The translations under genes were made by a program, and so were the position numbers. A DNA stretch of 64,000 nt from Asterias rubens (lineage: Eukaryota), in assembly GCF_902459465.1 (NCBI RefSeq), contig NC_047071.1, positions 4,464,001 to 4,528,000 of the forward strand, read 5' to 3'. The notes under the pieces are model-generated. The model did not search any database, was not told where the DNA came from, and saw only the letters and a program-made list of their open reading frames with translations. Below, piece after piece: positions 51,639 to 64,000 of the stretch (the first letter of the stretch is position 1; every line of letters begins with the position of its first letter).

Positions 51639-53292
51639 ATACCAAGCATCAATGAATAACAGATATTCATATTACTGAAAGAAAAAGTAAAAAATGTTTA
51701 TCTTTCTTTCTTGTGGTCGAACTCTTTGATGTGGTAAAAAGGATTAAATTTGGCTCTGAAAAGACACCAGCTCTTTCCAGAGCGGACACTCAAAAGAGAT
51801 TTACACAATGGTTGTTCCCACAATATTACTTGTTAGTTACTTCTTATTTTCCATACCATGCAAAGCTTCAAGCATCACTGTTTTTTATAGATCATATCCC
51901 TTTATTAGTTGTTGTATTCTATGTACAATTATTGGAACAATTAGGAAACCAACATTCTGTAACAATAACTTGCTTTTAAATCCTTCAGAATGGCTTAACT
52001 TTCACTCACTCCCACCCGCTGCTTTCTTCTCTTATTTAATTTTTTGTCCAACTCAACTCCATTCATCTTGTTATCCATGTTTTGATATCCACACACAAAC
52101 CTGTGTCTGTTTATTCAAAAAACATTTGTCATGTGAAGGATAAGATTTATTTTGTTCACAAGAGGCACAAGGTCAGTAGAGATTACTGAGGTCTACGCCC
52201 CATTCCACTCCCCCAAATCCTGGAGGTCCTGACTGGTGGCAGAGTGCATAATCCAGAAGGAAAAGGCTGTTGTGTGGTAAGGTATGACACACAACCTGTC
52301 CTGGTATGAGTCTCGCTGATTGAATTTGACGTGTTGGGTTCCTTGGGTGTAGACTACCACCCCATGCACTGGTTTTCCCAGATCACTGTCATGATTAAAT
52401 TGAAAGCGTTTTTAATTTTGGCTTGCATTATGGATACGCTAAATTCTTCATTTTAAGAGATGGATTAATTGATTTGATACATTCCAACTGATTGATTTTA
52501 GGAAATGTCTTAACCATAAAGACAGAAAAAGAAAGTAATTTCATCTTCTGACAAAACACCTTCTAATATTGGTTGAGCCTAAACTCAAGATAGCTACATC
52601 ATGAAATGGGTCAACGAGAAACTTGAAGACCTAGAGTTGCCAATTATAAAGAAATAACTCCACAAATAGCTTTAAAGATGTTTTAGGGGATCAGTAATGA
52701 ACACCATTGACGTCAAACAACCATACATCATTTTGTAGTAATTCAGTGTGGTTTCTGTTCACACAAAAGCATAGCTGATGATATTTCCTACAGCAGAGTC
52801 AGTGATGGTGCAATATACAATTTTGGCCAGTATCTGTCTAAGCCGAGTACACTTTGGCTAAATTCTGTGCTTAGGAACTTTGTGTCCTTTTTTTTGACTG
52901 AACTGAAACGCTAACCATAAATATTTCATGATCAGCATAAGTTAAGTGGATACAAGTTTCCTATAATTTATGTTACAATTAGTCCAGTGACCAGTTTCTG
53001 CATCACGGAACATTGAACTGCCCATATTTGTGGTTGGTGGTATATTTCCTTTAAAGCCTTGTGGATGTACCAGTACGGCAGACATACCTTTGGCCACACT
53101 CAATCACCATACATGCCTGCTCTCTGACCTTGCGCTCATTGCAATACCATATTTATTTAATAGGTGCTACACTTTCCTATGTCAGCATGAATCAAGCTGG
53201 TTAGATAGATTATTATCTCGCTTAAAGGGGAAAAACATTGGTGCCAATATTAGAATCACAAAATCTATGTGTACTACTTCCTCCATTCTACC

Positions 53293-53330
53293 ATAGAGCT
53301 AGGACCCAGCTCTACGGTCCTAGCTCGATG
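53293..53330. mobile_element. 38-bp hairpin micro-element flanked by an 8-bp direct repeat
   Basis: attctacc|atagagctaggacc-cagctctac-ggtcctagctcgatg|attctacc (53285-53292 and 53331-53338). Confidence 0.6.
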
Positions 53331-53384
53331 ATTCTACCAAGTCATCTAACTGCAGTTGAATAGTTGTGAAAAAGCATGGGAAAC

Positions 53385-53779
53385 TTAAAGACAGTGGACA
53401 CTTTTGGTAATTCCTCAAAATAATTATTGCATTAAATCTATTCTTGGTGACGAGTAATGGGGAGAGGTTGATGGTATAAAACATTGCGAGAAACGGCTCC
53501 CTCTGAAGTGCCATAGTTTTTTTTTTTTTTAGAAAGAAGTAATTTTCCACGAATTTGATTTCGAGACCTCAGATTTAGAACTTGAGGTCTCAAAATCAAC
53601 CATCTAAACGTACACAACTTCGTGTGACAAGGGTGTTTTTTTTCTCCATTAATATCTCGCAACTTCGACAACCGATTCGCAACTTCGACGACCAGGTTTG
53701 TTATGTTATGCTTATGTTGAGATACACCAACTGTGAAGGCTAGTCTTTGACAATTAACAAAAGTGTCCACTGCCTTTAA
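53385..53779. mobile_element. Family A MITE with a poly-T expansion and a small internal duplication/deletion
   Basis: TTAA-agacagtggacac ... gtgtccactgcct-TTAA. cgcaacttcgac occurs twice at ~53657-53690. Confidence 0.9.
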
Positions 53780-53834
53780 TAAGAACAACACGAAAACTGA
53801 TTGAAATGCTTTGTTGCTGAATAAATTATGGTAT

Positions 53835-54105
53835 CCCAGGTCAAAATTCCAGTTGAACCTAGTTAACTGGGGTCAACTGGTTCAACTGGATAGTGATCAA
53901 ACTCGTCCATTTTCCATATTAACAAACTGGTTTGGACTAGGTTTAACTGTGTTCAACTAGGTTTAAATTATAAACCAGTTGGTCTCTGTCCATTTTCCAT
54001 ATTAAACCAACTGGTTTTAACTGTGTTTAACTAGTTTATCAACTGGTTTCAACTAGTTCCAGTTAAACCCAGTTTAACTAGGTTCAACTGGAATTTCGAC
54101 CTGGG
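53835..54105. mobile_element. Family E MITE, uninterrupted
   Basis: at|cccaggtcaaaattccagttgaacctagtt ... aactaggttcaactggaatttcgacctggg|at. Confidence 0.88.
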
Positions 54106-54811
54106 ATGTTTACCAAAATAGTATATGACTGGTGTCAAAAAGTGTGGTGTCGACAAACCAAAAGGTTGAATAATTTTGATACAACTTGTGCTCCAGTCTT
54201 GAATTTAATTGTATGCCACACCGACAGCAATGTTGGTATGCCCTTTAAAGTCAGTCTACATATTTTCTGCTTGAAATCTATATTGGCCCTTATCACAAAG
54301 GAATTTGTTGGGTCAAAAATGATATGGAAAGTCTGTGAGGTTCCCAGAGTATCTAAGAAAGAGACTGAGAGATACTCCGAAGTGCAGGGCTGGAATTTCA
54401 AGGGGCGAGGACATTTATTGGAAATAGTACATCCATCAGAAACTGATTATAGTAAATGGGGCATAAGAAGGGTGAATAGGGTCATTCTCAGAGTACATCA
54501 AGATCTAGGAAGGAAGTCAACCACGATCGCTGTCAATCATCAGCTCCTTCATGTTGTTCTAATTCTTTCTTTATCACAAATGAGAGATGTTTAGAGTTGG
54601 AATTAAAATGGTCAACATTTATTAAGTTTATTGTTTTAGAAAAAAATAAAATATATATATTGATTTAGTTTTCATTGACCTAATAAATTTACTAGACAGC
54701 AAGTTACAAATTTAATCTTGTAATATTTGCCTCATTTCATTGGGCATACCATGGAACTCCATGCTCATACATTTATATTAGGTAATAAGCATAAAAAAAG
54801 CTAGTTTATAT

Positions 54812-55186
54812 TTAAAGCCATTATACACTTTCGGAACAGAAAAAAAATAAAAGTTCACAGATTTACAAATTACTTACAGGGTTTAAAGAAGGTAATGGTA
54901 AAAGACTTCTCTTTAAACATTATTCCATGAAATGCTTTACTTTTTGAGAAAGCATTGAAACAATTATCAATTGTCGACATTGAGAATTACGCATTTATAG
55001 TAAACACATGTCATGACATGGCGAAACGTGTGAAAACAAGAGTGGGTTTTCCCGCTATTTTCTCCCGACTCCGATGACCGATTGAGCCTAAATTTTCACA
55101 GGTTTGTTGTTTTATATATAAGTTGTGATACACGAAGTGTGGGCCTTTGGACAATATTGTTTACCGAAAGTGACCAATGGCTTTAA
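54812..55186. mobile_element. Family B MITE, full length
   Basis: TTAA-agccatt...ctttcgg ... ccgaaagtgaccaatggct-TTAA. The internal sequence aligns to 8807-9182. Confidence 0.88.
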
Positions 55187-55625
55187 AGCGGATGGGAGTC
55201 AAAGTAAATTTACAAGTTGACATTGTTTTCCAATTGTGGCGCAAAAATAAATTGCTTCACTTTCGCAATTTGCATGATGTTGAACCAAGCTCTAGAAGAA
55301 TAAAAAGGACGTCTTCTTCAAATTAATTTTCTTTTGGTTTTTACAAACATAATACTCTTTACTGAAGGAAGGAAACTACAGTTCCCCTTCTTTAATGGCT
55401 ATACCATACAAAACTCTTTTATCTGGTTAGAGGTTATTTCAACAAATTAACTCACCATAAATATTTCCCAATCGATCTTTGTCCTGTGAAACATGATGTG
55501 GTTGTTTGTTTAATGATGATGGAAAATGTAATAGCAACCATTCTTGATAAGGAACCAGAAATAACTTTAAAGTTCATGTAGAAATTCAGCTTATTGCATT
55601 CGCTTAATATTATTACATACATCTG

Positions 55626-55873
55626 GGCCCAATTTCATAGAGCTGCTTAAGAGCAAAATTTTGCTTAAGCAAAAAAATACTTGCTTAGTAAAATCAGATT
55701 ACCTGCCAAGACTCCACTCAATTGTTATGTTTAGTAAACAACAGCTAAATACCAGTCACAAGCAATGTATATGGCATGGAATTTGGGCTAGTAACAATAA
55801 CATGTGTAAAATAAGCGAGCTATTTTCGTGCTTAGGCAATTTGTTTGCTTAAGCAGCTCTATGAAATTGGCCC
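55626..55873. mobile_element. PIF/Harbinger-like MITE with CTG target duplication
   Basis: ctg|ggcccaatttcatagagctgcttaag ... cttaagcagctctatgaaattggccc|ctg. A solo TIR relic also lies at ~23594-23621. Confidence 0.8.
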
Positions 55874-56109
55874 CTGGTAATGAAACCCACATGATGGTAG
55901 AAATCTATTTCAATACCTCCATGATGAAACCAAATGCCTTGTAAGTGAACTTGATCACTGTAGTAACCTGTAAACAAGGGTGCTTGCTATGTAAACCAGA
56001 ATCACAGGGGTTGACCCCTACACTCTTCAAGGATTATGTGTTCTGGGTTGTTCCTAAGGCCACATACAAAAATTAAAAATTGTTGATTGTCCCCGCCCGA
56101 CCGTGCAAA

Positions 56110-56129
56110 CCCCCCCCCCCCCCCCCCCC
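56110..56129 (+). repeat. Poly-C tract (20 nt)
   Basis: Direct reading. A shorter C13 tract lies at 50802-50814. Confidence 0.95.
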
Positions 56130-56546
56130 GAACCCATTTTATTTATTTTATTTTATTTATTTATTTTTTTTTTTTTTTGCCCCCATCAAAATGCACAGGT
56201 TTGAAAAGATGTTTAAAGAAGGTTTTTATTCATGTTGGCAAAGCAAGAACAATTCTTCAAATATTTACTTGGGCTACACTGTGCTTAGTTGTTTGAAAAA
56301 GTTTACAGAAAATGTCATCTAGGAGTTAAATTTGTTTGACAAAACTATTGAAAAAAATCAAAAACACAAAAACCCTCTGTTTTAAAGTGATTGTGATGAT
56401 TTCTTTATTCTTGATTTCATATTTGGCATGTCAACAAAAACAAACCTCCCTCCCTTCCCCATCCGCAAAAAAAGAACGATCACCATTTTTATTTATTTAT
56501 GTGGCCTAATGCAAACTACTAATCCTAGTTCGAGGGGACCTATGGC

Positions 56547-56914
56547 TTAAAGGAACACGTTGCCTTGGATCGGTCTTTGAAATGCGTTTGTAACCGTTTT
56601 TTATAAAATGCATATGTGTAGAAAGATGTTGTAAAAGTAGAATAAAATGATCCAGACAAACATGCCTCGAAATTGCACAGTTTGCCTTTTACCTCGACGA
56701 CTAACACGGTCGGCCATTTATGGACTCCCATAAATGGCCGACCGTGTTAGTTCGCACAGTAAAAGGAAAACCACGTAATTTCGAGGCAAACTTGTGTGGA
56801 TCATTGTATTCTACTTTTAAAACATCTTTCCAACTATATGCAATTTATAAAAAAGCGGTTACAAACACTTTTTATAGACCAACTCGTCCGATGCAAGGCA
56901 ACGTTTTCCTTTAA
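56547..56914. mobile_element. Family J long-TIR MITE, TTAA-flanked, with a central 23-bp perfect stem
   Basis: TTAA-aggaacacgttgccttg ... caaggcaacgttttcct-TTAA. Centre ctaacacggtcggccatttatgg-actc-ccataaatggccgaccgtgttag at 56701-56750. Confidence 0.88.
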
Positions 56915-57059
56915 TGTCCCTTCAAAGGACAAAACAGCTACGGTAAAGTATATTGCTGAAGGACACAAGTGCCATGACCAGGGCTTGAACCAGAACCCTG
57001 CTGATCGGAAACACCCGAACTTGTGTTCAAAAGCAACTTCTTAACCAATTCAGTCACAG
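56915..57059 (-). mobile_element. tRNA-derived SINE (5' head and start of body), split by the family J MITE
   Basis: The minus strand reads tgactgaattggttaagaag (A-box-like)...ggttcaagccc (B-box-like) followed by tggtcatggcacttgtgtccttcagcaa, a non-tRNA SINE body. There is no intact cloverleaf. Confidence 0.65.
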
Positions 57060-57387
57060 TTTAAAAATCAACACATGTTAGTCATTACCCAATATCTGAC
57101 ATGTTTTGGTGGGTTTTTTTTTCCTTTTTTTTTTTTTCCTTATAACCAAAAACGTTTTGTGCAAATTAAACTTTTGCACAATATTCTTAACCCCACAAAT
57201 CTATCACAAAGTGCTGAAAGTCATAAACATCAGCGGACTTTGAACAGGAAATTAATTTTTCTCATTTCTATCAACATGGGATTCAATATGCCATCACATG
57301 AGGTTTAGTCTCTCGATAAGTGTTTGAATCACGCAGGAATTCAAGGAATATATCGTTTTCAATGACTACTGGCTATTGGCCAATGCT

Positions 57388-57774
57388 TTAAAGGAACGTT
57401 ACAGAATTGGTAAGAAACAAAAATCGTGAAGATCACAGATTTACATAAAACTTACACAGTCTAATGATGATGATAGTTGAAAACATCCCTTGCAATATTT
57501 TTGTCTGAAATGTCATATTTGATGAGAGATAAATAATCTAACTTTGCGTTTGGAGGTTATCGCTCAGTGAGCGTTTTATTTATTTTTATTTTGGCATCGA
57601 TGCAATGCAAAATTTGTAATCGGTTTTTCACTATTCTCTCGTGACCCAGACGGCCGATCGATCTTAAACTTCTACAGGTTTGTCAGTTTATGTATGTATG
57701 GTGGATTACATAAAGTGCTTACACTGCAAGCAACTGTTTTGTTAGCAAAAACCAATTCAGTAATGTTCCTTTAA
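57388..57774. mobile_element. Family D MITE, TTAA-flanked
   Basis: TTAA-aggaacgttacagaattggt ... accaattcagtaatgttcct-TTAA. It carries a diverged copy of the ccgat..taaa..tacaggtttgt module of families A and B. Confidence 0.82.
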
Positions 57775-58540
57775 AGAAAATCATTTGATGTTGGAGGGAA
57801 TGACCAGATCGTTCAGTAGATATCCTTTTTAAATAACGACTCATTTATTTTTACCCCCATCAATAGATTATTCACAAAAGTACAAATGTAAAAAATCATA
57901 GTGGATTATTAAATGATATTAATGACAAAAGGTGTTTTAACAAATCAAGTAATTAAGAAAGTCTCTGTTCATGTCAAAGTGATCAATCATGTCACTATTA
58001 ACAGGACGAATCAACTGTTTACAATTACGATCTTGTACTTAAATTTTTAATGACAATTGTTCTAAGCTTTCCTTTACCAGCCATACACTGAGTCTAGATC
58101 CACTTTATTACATTTCAAACGAGCTTCCCGTTAAATGAATTTAAAGGAAGTAACATTGTGTGAAAGACGGAAATACAATCAAACATCTGGATTTAATGTT
58201 GTGGTACTGACCCTAACCGCATACCAATCTCTCTCAACAAAAATCTCCCGACAGATATTGAAGAGGAAAGATGTCAGAAGAGATTTAAGTTGTTCAGGAG
58301 GAAGATAGTTCGGGTGTTTAGTGCTTGATCAGGGTTTAACTTAAAGGGCAAGATATTCCTGCTTCTTTCGTCTGATTTCAGATTTTTTTCATTTTTTGCC
58401 CTTGGGAAAATCAGAAAAACTGTGATCAAAATGGTCTGAAAAGTTAATTAAAGCGTATACCACATGTACTTGTAGGTCAGCCGGTGTACAAAATGCAATG
58501 TTTCTACTTTTCTCCGAGGATCTCATGCCTGTTTAAATGT

Positions 58541-58929
58541 TTAAAGGCAGTGGACACTATTGGTAATTACTCAAAATAATTATTAGCATAAAACCGTGAC
58601 GAGTAATGGGGAGAGGTTGTTAGTATAAAACATTGTGAGAAACGGCTCCCTCTGAAATGCCATAGTTTTCGAGAAAGAAGTAATTTTCCACGGATTTTGA
58701 TTTCGAGACCTCAGATTGAGAACTTGAGGTCCCGAAATCAACCATCTGAACGCACACAACTTCGTATGACAAGGGTTTTTTTTTTTTCTTTCATTGTTAT
58801 CTCACAACTTCGATGACCGATTGAGCTCAAACTTTCACAGGTTTGTTATTTTATGCATATGTTGAGATACACCAACTGCGAAGGCTAGTCTTTGACAATT
58901 ACATTACCAGTAGTGTCCACTGCCTTTAA
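58541..58929. mobile_element. Family A MITE, full length
   Basis: TTAA-aggcagtggacactattggtaatt ... gtagtgtccactgcct-TTAA. Confidence 0.92.
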
Positions 58930-61297
58930 ATGATTTAAAGTAGGAAGTTGGTATTGAGTGGAATGCTACATTTCAATTTGTTGCCAATTTTACAGACAAT
59001 AGATTTGTTTTAAGGCTGGTAGAAGGATCTGAATTTCTTTTTAAACTTCTACAATTATTGGAGTGGTTATATATTTCCTGTTTGCAACAAGAAATATTTG
59101 TTATTCCAAGAGTAATACTAATAGTTTAAGATTTATATTGCCCCCTCCCCTCCATACAATTGAAAGTGACTGGTCAGTTACAAATTCTCTTATGTGGAAG
59201 AGATCAGATTTAAGAAAGCAATGCAAACAACTTACAATTGACGTATAAATAATAATATATATGTGTCAATTGTAATGAACTCTGCTTGTAACTAGAGAGA
59301 GTCTAAACTAGTTCAAATATAGAAATATTTCCCTGGTGTATTCTTCAATACACCAGATTTCAGATTATAAACTAATATTTTATAACCTTGGCAAAATTTA
59401 CTTAAAATGTGAAGCGGAACATTCGTGGTTGCCAGTTATGATTACTACTAATTGGGCACTGGTTACAAGGGGGGGCTTTTTGACATTAGCTCCGATCTTT
59501 GCCTTCAGCAAATTTGTAACATTTGGCCGAAGTTGTTAACTCTGCTTCCTGAAATCTGAACTGTGTTACGTAAGAGAATTTTTTATTGACTGGATGTTAC
59601 TTTAATTTAAGAATCCAACTTGTAGCCTATAATATTACCATTCAATTTAATTGTGATAATTACCCTATTTCCTTGTCCATAAAGAATTCCATCAATCTTT
59701 CAATATCTCAGCTGGGAGTGATTCACTTCCTGGATAAATAAAAAAAAAATCAGCTGTTTTTGTTGATGTTATCTTTTTTTTTCCTGGATAAAGTTGTTGA
59801 GAGGTTGCAGAAACCTCTAATTCAATTATGATGATGGGTTCTTCTGGTCGAGATTGAGGGGGACTTTTTTTGCGAAGGAAGCATTTTAAAATATTTATGT
59901 TTTTGTTATCCCCTGATGTCATTTAGAAGTTATTTTATCAAATCATGTGAGGTTCATGTATGTTATTGTTTAGATATTGTTTCTGTGATTAACTTATCTG
60001 TGATGTGATACTATATTTTAAAGGTGAGGTCATACTTTGGTAATGACCCCAGAAAAAAAAAACCAGTGGAGTTATTTTTTCAGTAGTATGCATCTTGCCA
60101 AATTATTCTGTCTGATGTGTCCTCATTGCTTAGAAATTAATAAAAGCATGTCGTCAAATTTAAATCTCAAAAGATTGATGCAGTTGACTTGGGGAAATTT
60201 CAATGGTGTCCATTTAAATGCTGCCCTCAATACAGCCAGAGATGCGGTTGATACCCATTGTCACTTTACTTCACTCCGATGGAATTGACATTTTTATTTT
60301 TTTATATTTTTTGGGGGCAGTTTTCTCAATTAATAGTCAGCACTGTTTTTATTAAACTTTAACTTTCACATGTGACTATATTTTATGGTATCTTTCTAGA
60401 TCATTTTGCCTGTAAATCAGAATTACATTGAACAAAAAAAACGATGACTACCTTTAAACAAATTTATGCTAGGATAGGAAATATTCTAGATAAATAAATG
60501 GAACACTTAGTGGGACAATTTATTTTCACGCTCGGATGCCGTACAAGGAAATGAAATAGTTTATTTCAAATTGACATTAGGATTGATGTCAAATGAACAG
60601 TTACATTTTCCTTTGTTAGCTTTTTGTTTCGTGGAGGGCAGCAGCTGTTTTAATTTTGTAAATAAACAAAGGAAATTAACTTCACTGCAGCGGAGCGAGT
60701 TCTTAATTGGTCTTAATGTTTCAACTAGCTTGCTCTAGTCATCGTCAGGTAGAATACTATAGTGAGACAAGTTCTCAAAAGAACATAATATACGGCATGG
60801 TGTTTATACCGCAAACCGAAGATAAATTGATACCTCACCATGCAACGCCTCAAATCCCATAAACAAAGGAAATGGTGTAAAATTTGTTCATTGTGTGATA
60901 ATAAACCTGTGAAATTATTGTAATTACAAAGTGACAAACAGTGCTTTTAATTGCACAAAGATAGGCAGTAGTTTTAATCATCAAGGTTTTTAACACAACT
61001 GAATTGCAACAGCAGTAGTCAGTGTAGCATGGCTTGTTATTACAAGCTGAAGCACTTTGCACTGCTGTCTTGCAGCACAGAAATGACCTGGGTTGGGTCC
61101 AGCGTGTAACAATCATTGTTGATCAGGCAAGACTTAGGGTGTCACATACCCTACTTTGTGTTGGTGTGAATGGCCATTATGTGGACAATAGTGTAAGAAG
61201 CTCCTTTGCATGGGGCCCTACCCTGTCTACTTTGCATTCACACACACTGTATGCTTTAGTAGTGCAACACAACCCCATATCGAGAGCTCTAAGCCGA

Positions 61298-61342
61298 GGT
61301 TGTGATTGGCCAGCTAGCCATGCAAAGCTGGGTTGTGATTGG
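61298..61342. promoter_or_regulatory. Candidate tandem CCAAT (NF-Y) boxes, 33 bp apart
   Basis: ggttgtgattgg occurs at 61298-61309 and 61331-61342, in a locally GC-richer, repeat-free segment. Confidence 0.3.
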
Positions 61343-64000
61343 TGGATACAGGGCCTGGGATGTAGGCAGTGTATAGCCACACAGTGCAGAGTGCCTCTCT
61401 CTAGAGTGATTATGTGCAGTGCATGTGTTTGCTATGCCCATTGTGAGAAAGGCTTCTCTACTCTGTACACATGGTACACTGTGAAGCACATCAGCCAGTG
61501 AGGGATTATACAGTAACCTGCGTAGTGTGTTGCATCGCATATGGACTGAATTCGATTCACATTGTGTGATACCGTAGAGATCTTTGTATTATGCACAGGT
61601 AGCGAATGACTAAGGGAGCTAGTAGCTAGGCCGGGCTGCGGAGTGAGTTGAAGCAGAGAGTTATCACCCAGTCTCTAGTTAACAATGCCAACGTACTGAT
61701 CATGTGGATAAGCTTTACAATCAGATCGCCAGTTGAAGAGGAATGACTTTCTAAATTCTCTTGTTGAAGTCTTTCTCGGCACATCTGAATCTCATGGAAT
61801 ATTACAACCGTGGATTTTATAGTTGCGTGGCGCACTGCCTGGCAGTGAGTTGGCCCTTTATTTCAAGGGGAGTGGAACATAACCCAGACAGGACTAACAG
61901 CGTGTAGGCCAGTGTTTTTTGTCATGAACCACTGACCCCCTGCATGTAAGTATTATTGTTTTGATGGACAGGAGCCAGTGGCTGGCAGTGCAGTCACTGT
62001 GCCTTGAACTCCGAGAGACTTCTGGCTCTGGGGGAGCTGTGTACAGTACACTAAACAAAGGGTCTCTCTGTACATGATCTTGTGTGACTGGCAGCAGGGC
62101 ACGGTATGAACACACGGGGCAAAGATTTGCTGTTTTCTTTAGCTCCTGGAGTGTGCTAGCACCATATAATCTTTGTCTTCATTCATATAAATAGTCTTCT
62201 CTTTTTCTTTTTTCTTTAGAGCAGGAGGTGTACGTGGAGTGGTGTCCTTTGTTGAAAGAGATGATGCAAATCATTTAAACTTAATAGTGTGAATTTTCTT
62301 GAGACTTTGTTTATCACCTCATGAAATTTTTTGTCACAGCTTGATTTGTTGAGTGACGAATCGTCACTGATTCGGGCATGTGATTTTTTTTTGGTTTTTT
62401 TTTTATAGAAACTGCTATGCTGCCGGTTACCTTTGTTCTGTATTTTGTCATTTTAACTCCCAGTAATTTTGTATTTTGAATCTGACTCTGTAATATAATT
62501 TGTTTTATATTTTTCATTTTAGTTGATTTCGAATGAAGAAATGTTTCCCAAATGTTGACAATATAAAACATTGTACTTATCCGCTTCCTACTGTACAGAC
62601 AAACACACTTCACTGCTTATTATAAACGCCAATCAAGCGCGCACTTCCCTCTCCAATTTATTAACAAAACCGACACGGTCTACATGACAACATTTTTAAC
62701 ACTCTTTTTAATTTCCCTTTTAATAAAAATGAAGCCAGTCACATATTTCATGTTATTCATGCTTCGGTACAGGCGAGAGAGAATCCTCTATCTAAAAAAA
62801 ATCATTGTCGATAGCCTTGACGGGCAATAGGGAATTGAAATTGTCCGGTAACTTGATCACCTATTGATATTTATTTTTCCTTCAGTTTACTTTCTTTGTT
62901 TTCATTCCTAAAAAATCTTGTTTTAAAAACAAAACATTTGGTATACTGTCAATGAAAAAATGTAACAACTCGGATTTTATGAGATAAAAAAAATTAGCTG
63001 TTGCAAACGATTACCAACCAAAAGAACTGATAGTATAAATGCAAAAGCAAAACAGATTTTATGTTAACTTCTAACAGTATCAAACGTCTTTTGTTGATTC
63101 GGAGGTTCGTTTGTTACCCAATAAACCACACTGCGCCTGAAATCAATCACATTTTACTAACAGGTTTTAGACCACTGAGGTAGAATGGTAAAACCCTGCG
63201 CTAATACTGTAAATCAATCATGCTTTCAGCAAGAGCACAAGGACTACCAGTTAGGCTTAGATCATTGTGAAACTGGATTAAGTGTCCTACATTTATTAGA
63301 TTCTAAAAGATAAAAACATTAGTTAAAACATATAGGAGAAGGTTTTAAGGGTCAAAGGTTAAGATACCATCCCTCTTTATCATCTTAATCTGCATTCCCA
63401 AATCCATCCAAACACATTTTTTACACCAACCATAAAAAAAACCTGTTTCTTTTTAGGTGTCAGTCAAAGCATTCAAAATTGTTCAGACCAAACAAAGCTT
63501 ACTGCTTTGTGAGAACTCCCCCACAACAAAATGGTACTTATCCAAAAGTCTTGTTCAAATTAGTAACAGTAACAATGTACTGTACATGACTATTAAAAAA
63601 GGAAAGGGGAAAAACAGCATTAATTCATGTGTATTTTTCCCACCAATAGTTTGTTTTCTCGGTTGAATCTAGTAAATCTAACTTCAGAAACATCAACATT
63701 TTTACAGTTTTTAATTTTTAAGAGTGGGCAGGAAAAATCAGAAATTGACCTGACCTATATTTGTTCTAATCTCATCATTATTGCTTGATATCCCCTGTCA
63801 CTATAAATTACCTGAGCTGTGTTTAAACAAGATGTAACCATGGCTTGTTTCCCCACAGTGAAAGGGGGGAGGAACAACCCACCCCCCTTCCCCCAAATGT
63901 GGACTTGACCTTAAGCTATGCTAAAGTTTGAATCTTCATAATTAAATTAGCACCACTATTTGGATTTTTACAAATTGGAACTCCTTCTCTGGGTCTTAGA

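Noticed and set aside
54106-54594. 162-aa ORF with an overlapping antisense 88-aa ORF
   Set aside because: It starts in a MITE end and has no recognisable domain. The FLDTL resemblance to Penelope RT is too short to support.
57015-57025. ccgaacttgtg matches the 3' half of miR-100; aacccgta occurs near 7096
   Set aside because: The two halves are 50 kb apart with no hairpin precursor, and the former sits inside a SINE head.
56980-57059. tRNA gene
   Set aside because: The A/B boxes are degenerate, there is no cloverleaf, and it is followed by a SINE body.
61034-61501. 155-aa ORF
   Set aside because: It starts at a non-ATG codon, has an unprotein-like composition, and overlaps the CCAAT-box region.

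Overview
AT-rich eukaryotic non-coding DNA. The repeat landscape resembles a marine invertebrate such as an echinoderm, but that is an inference I cannot verify here. No protein-coding gene is supportable: the ORFs in the track are short, lie inside repeats, span Ns, or are mirror copies of each other. The window is dense in non-autonomous DNA transposons. These include several related TTAA-flanked (Kolobok/T2-like) MITE families, Harbinger-like and 9-bp-TSD MITEs. It also holds a CR1/L2-type LINE 3' fragment, a tRNA-derived SINE and two degenerate hammerhead-like motifs. The dominant structure is a 30.8-kb near-perfect palindrome (11566-42404) that starts right after a 500-N scaffold gap. It folds back exactly on the native 19-bp-stem/7-nt-loop hairpin inside a MITE (axis ~26984). 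The inner ~11 kb of the arms differ almost only by 1-bp indels, while the outer ~4.4 kb differ by allele-like substitutions. The most parsimonious explanation is a hairpin-primed fold-back read or assembly artefact. A real MITE-hairpin-primed palindrome cannot be excluded without raw reads.
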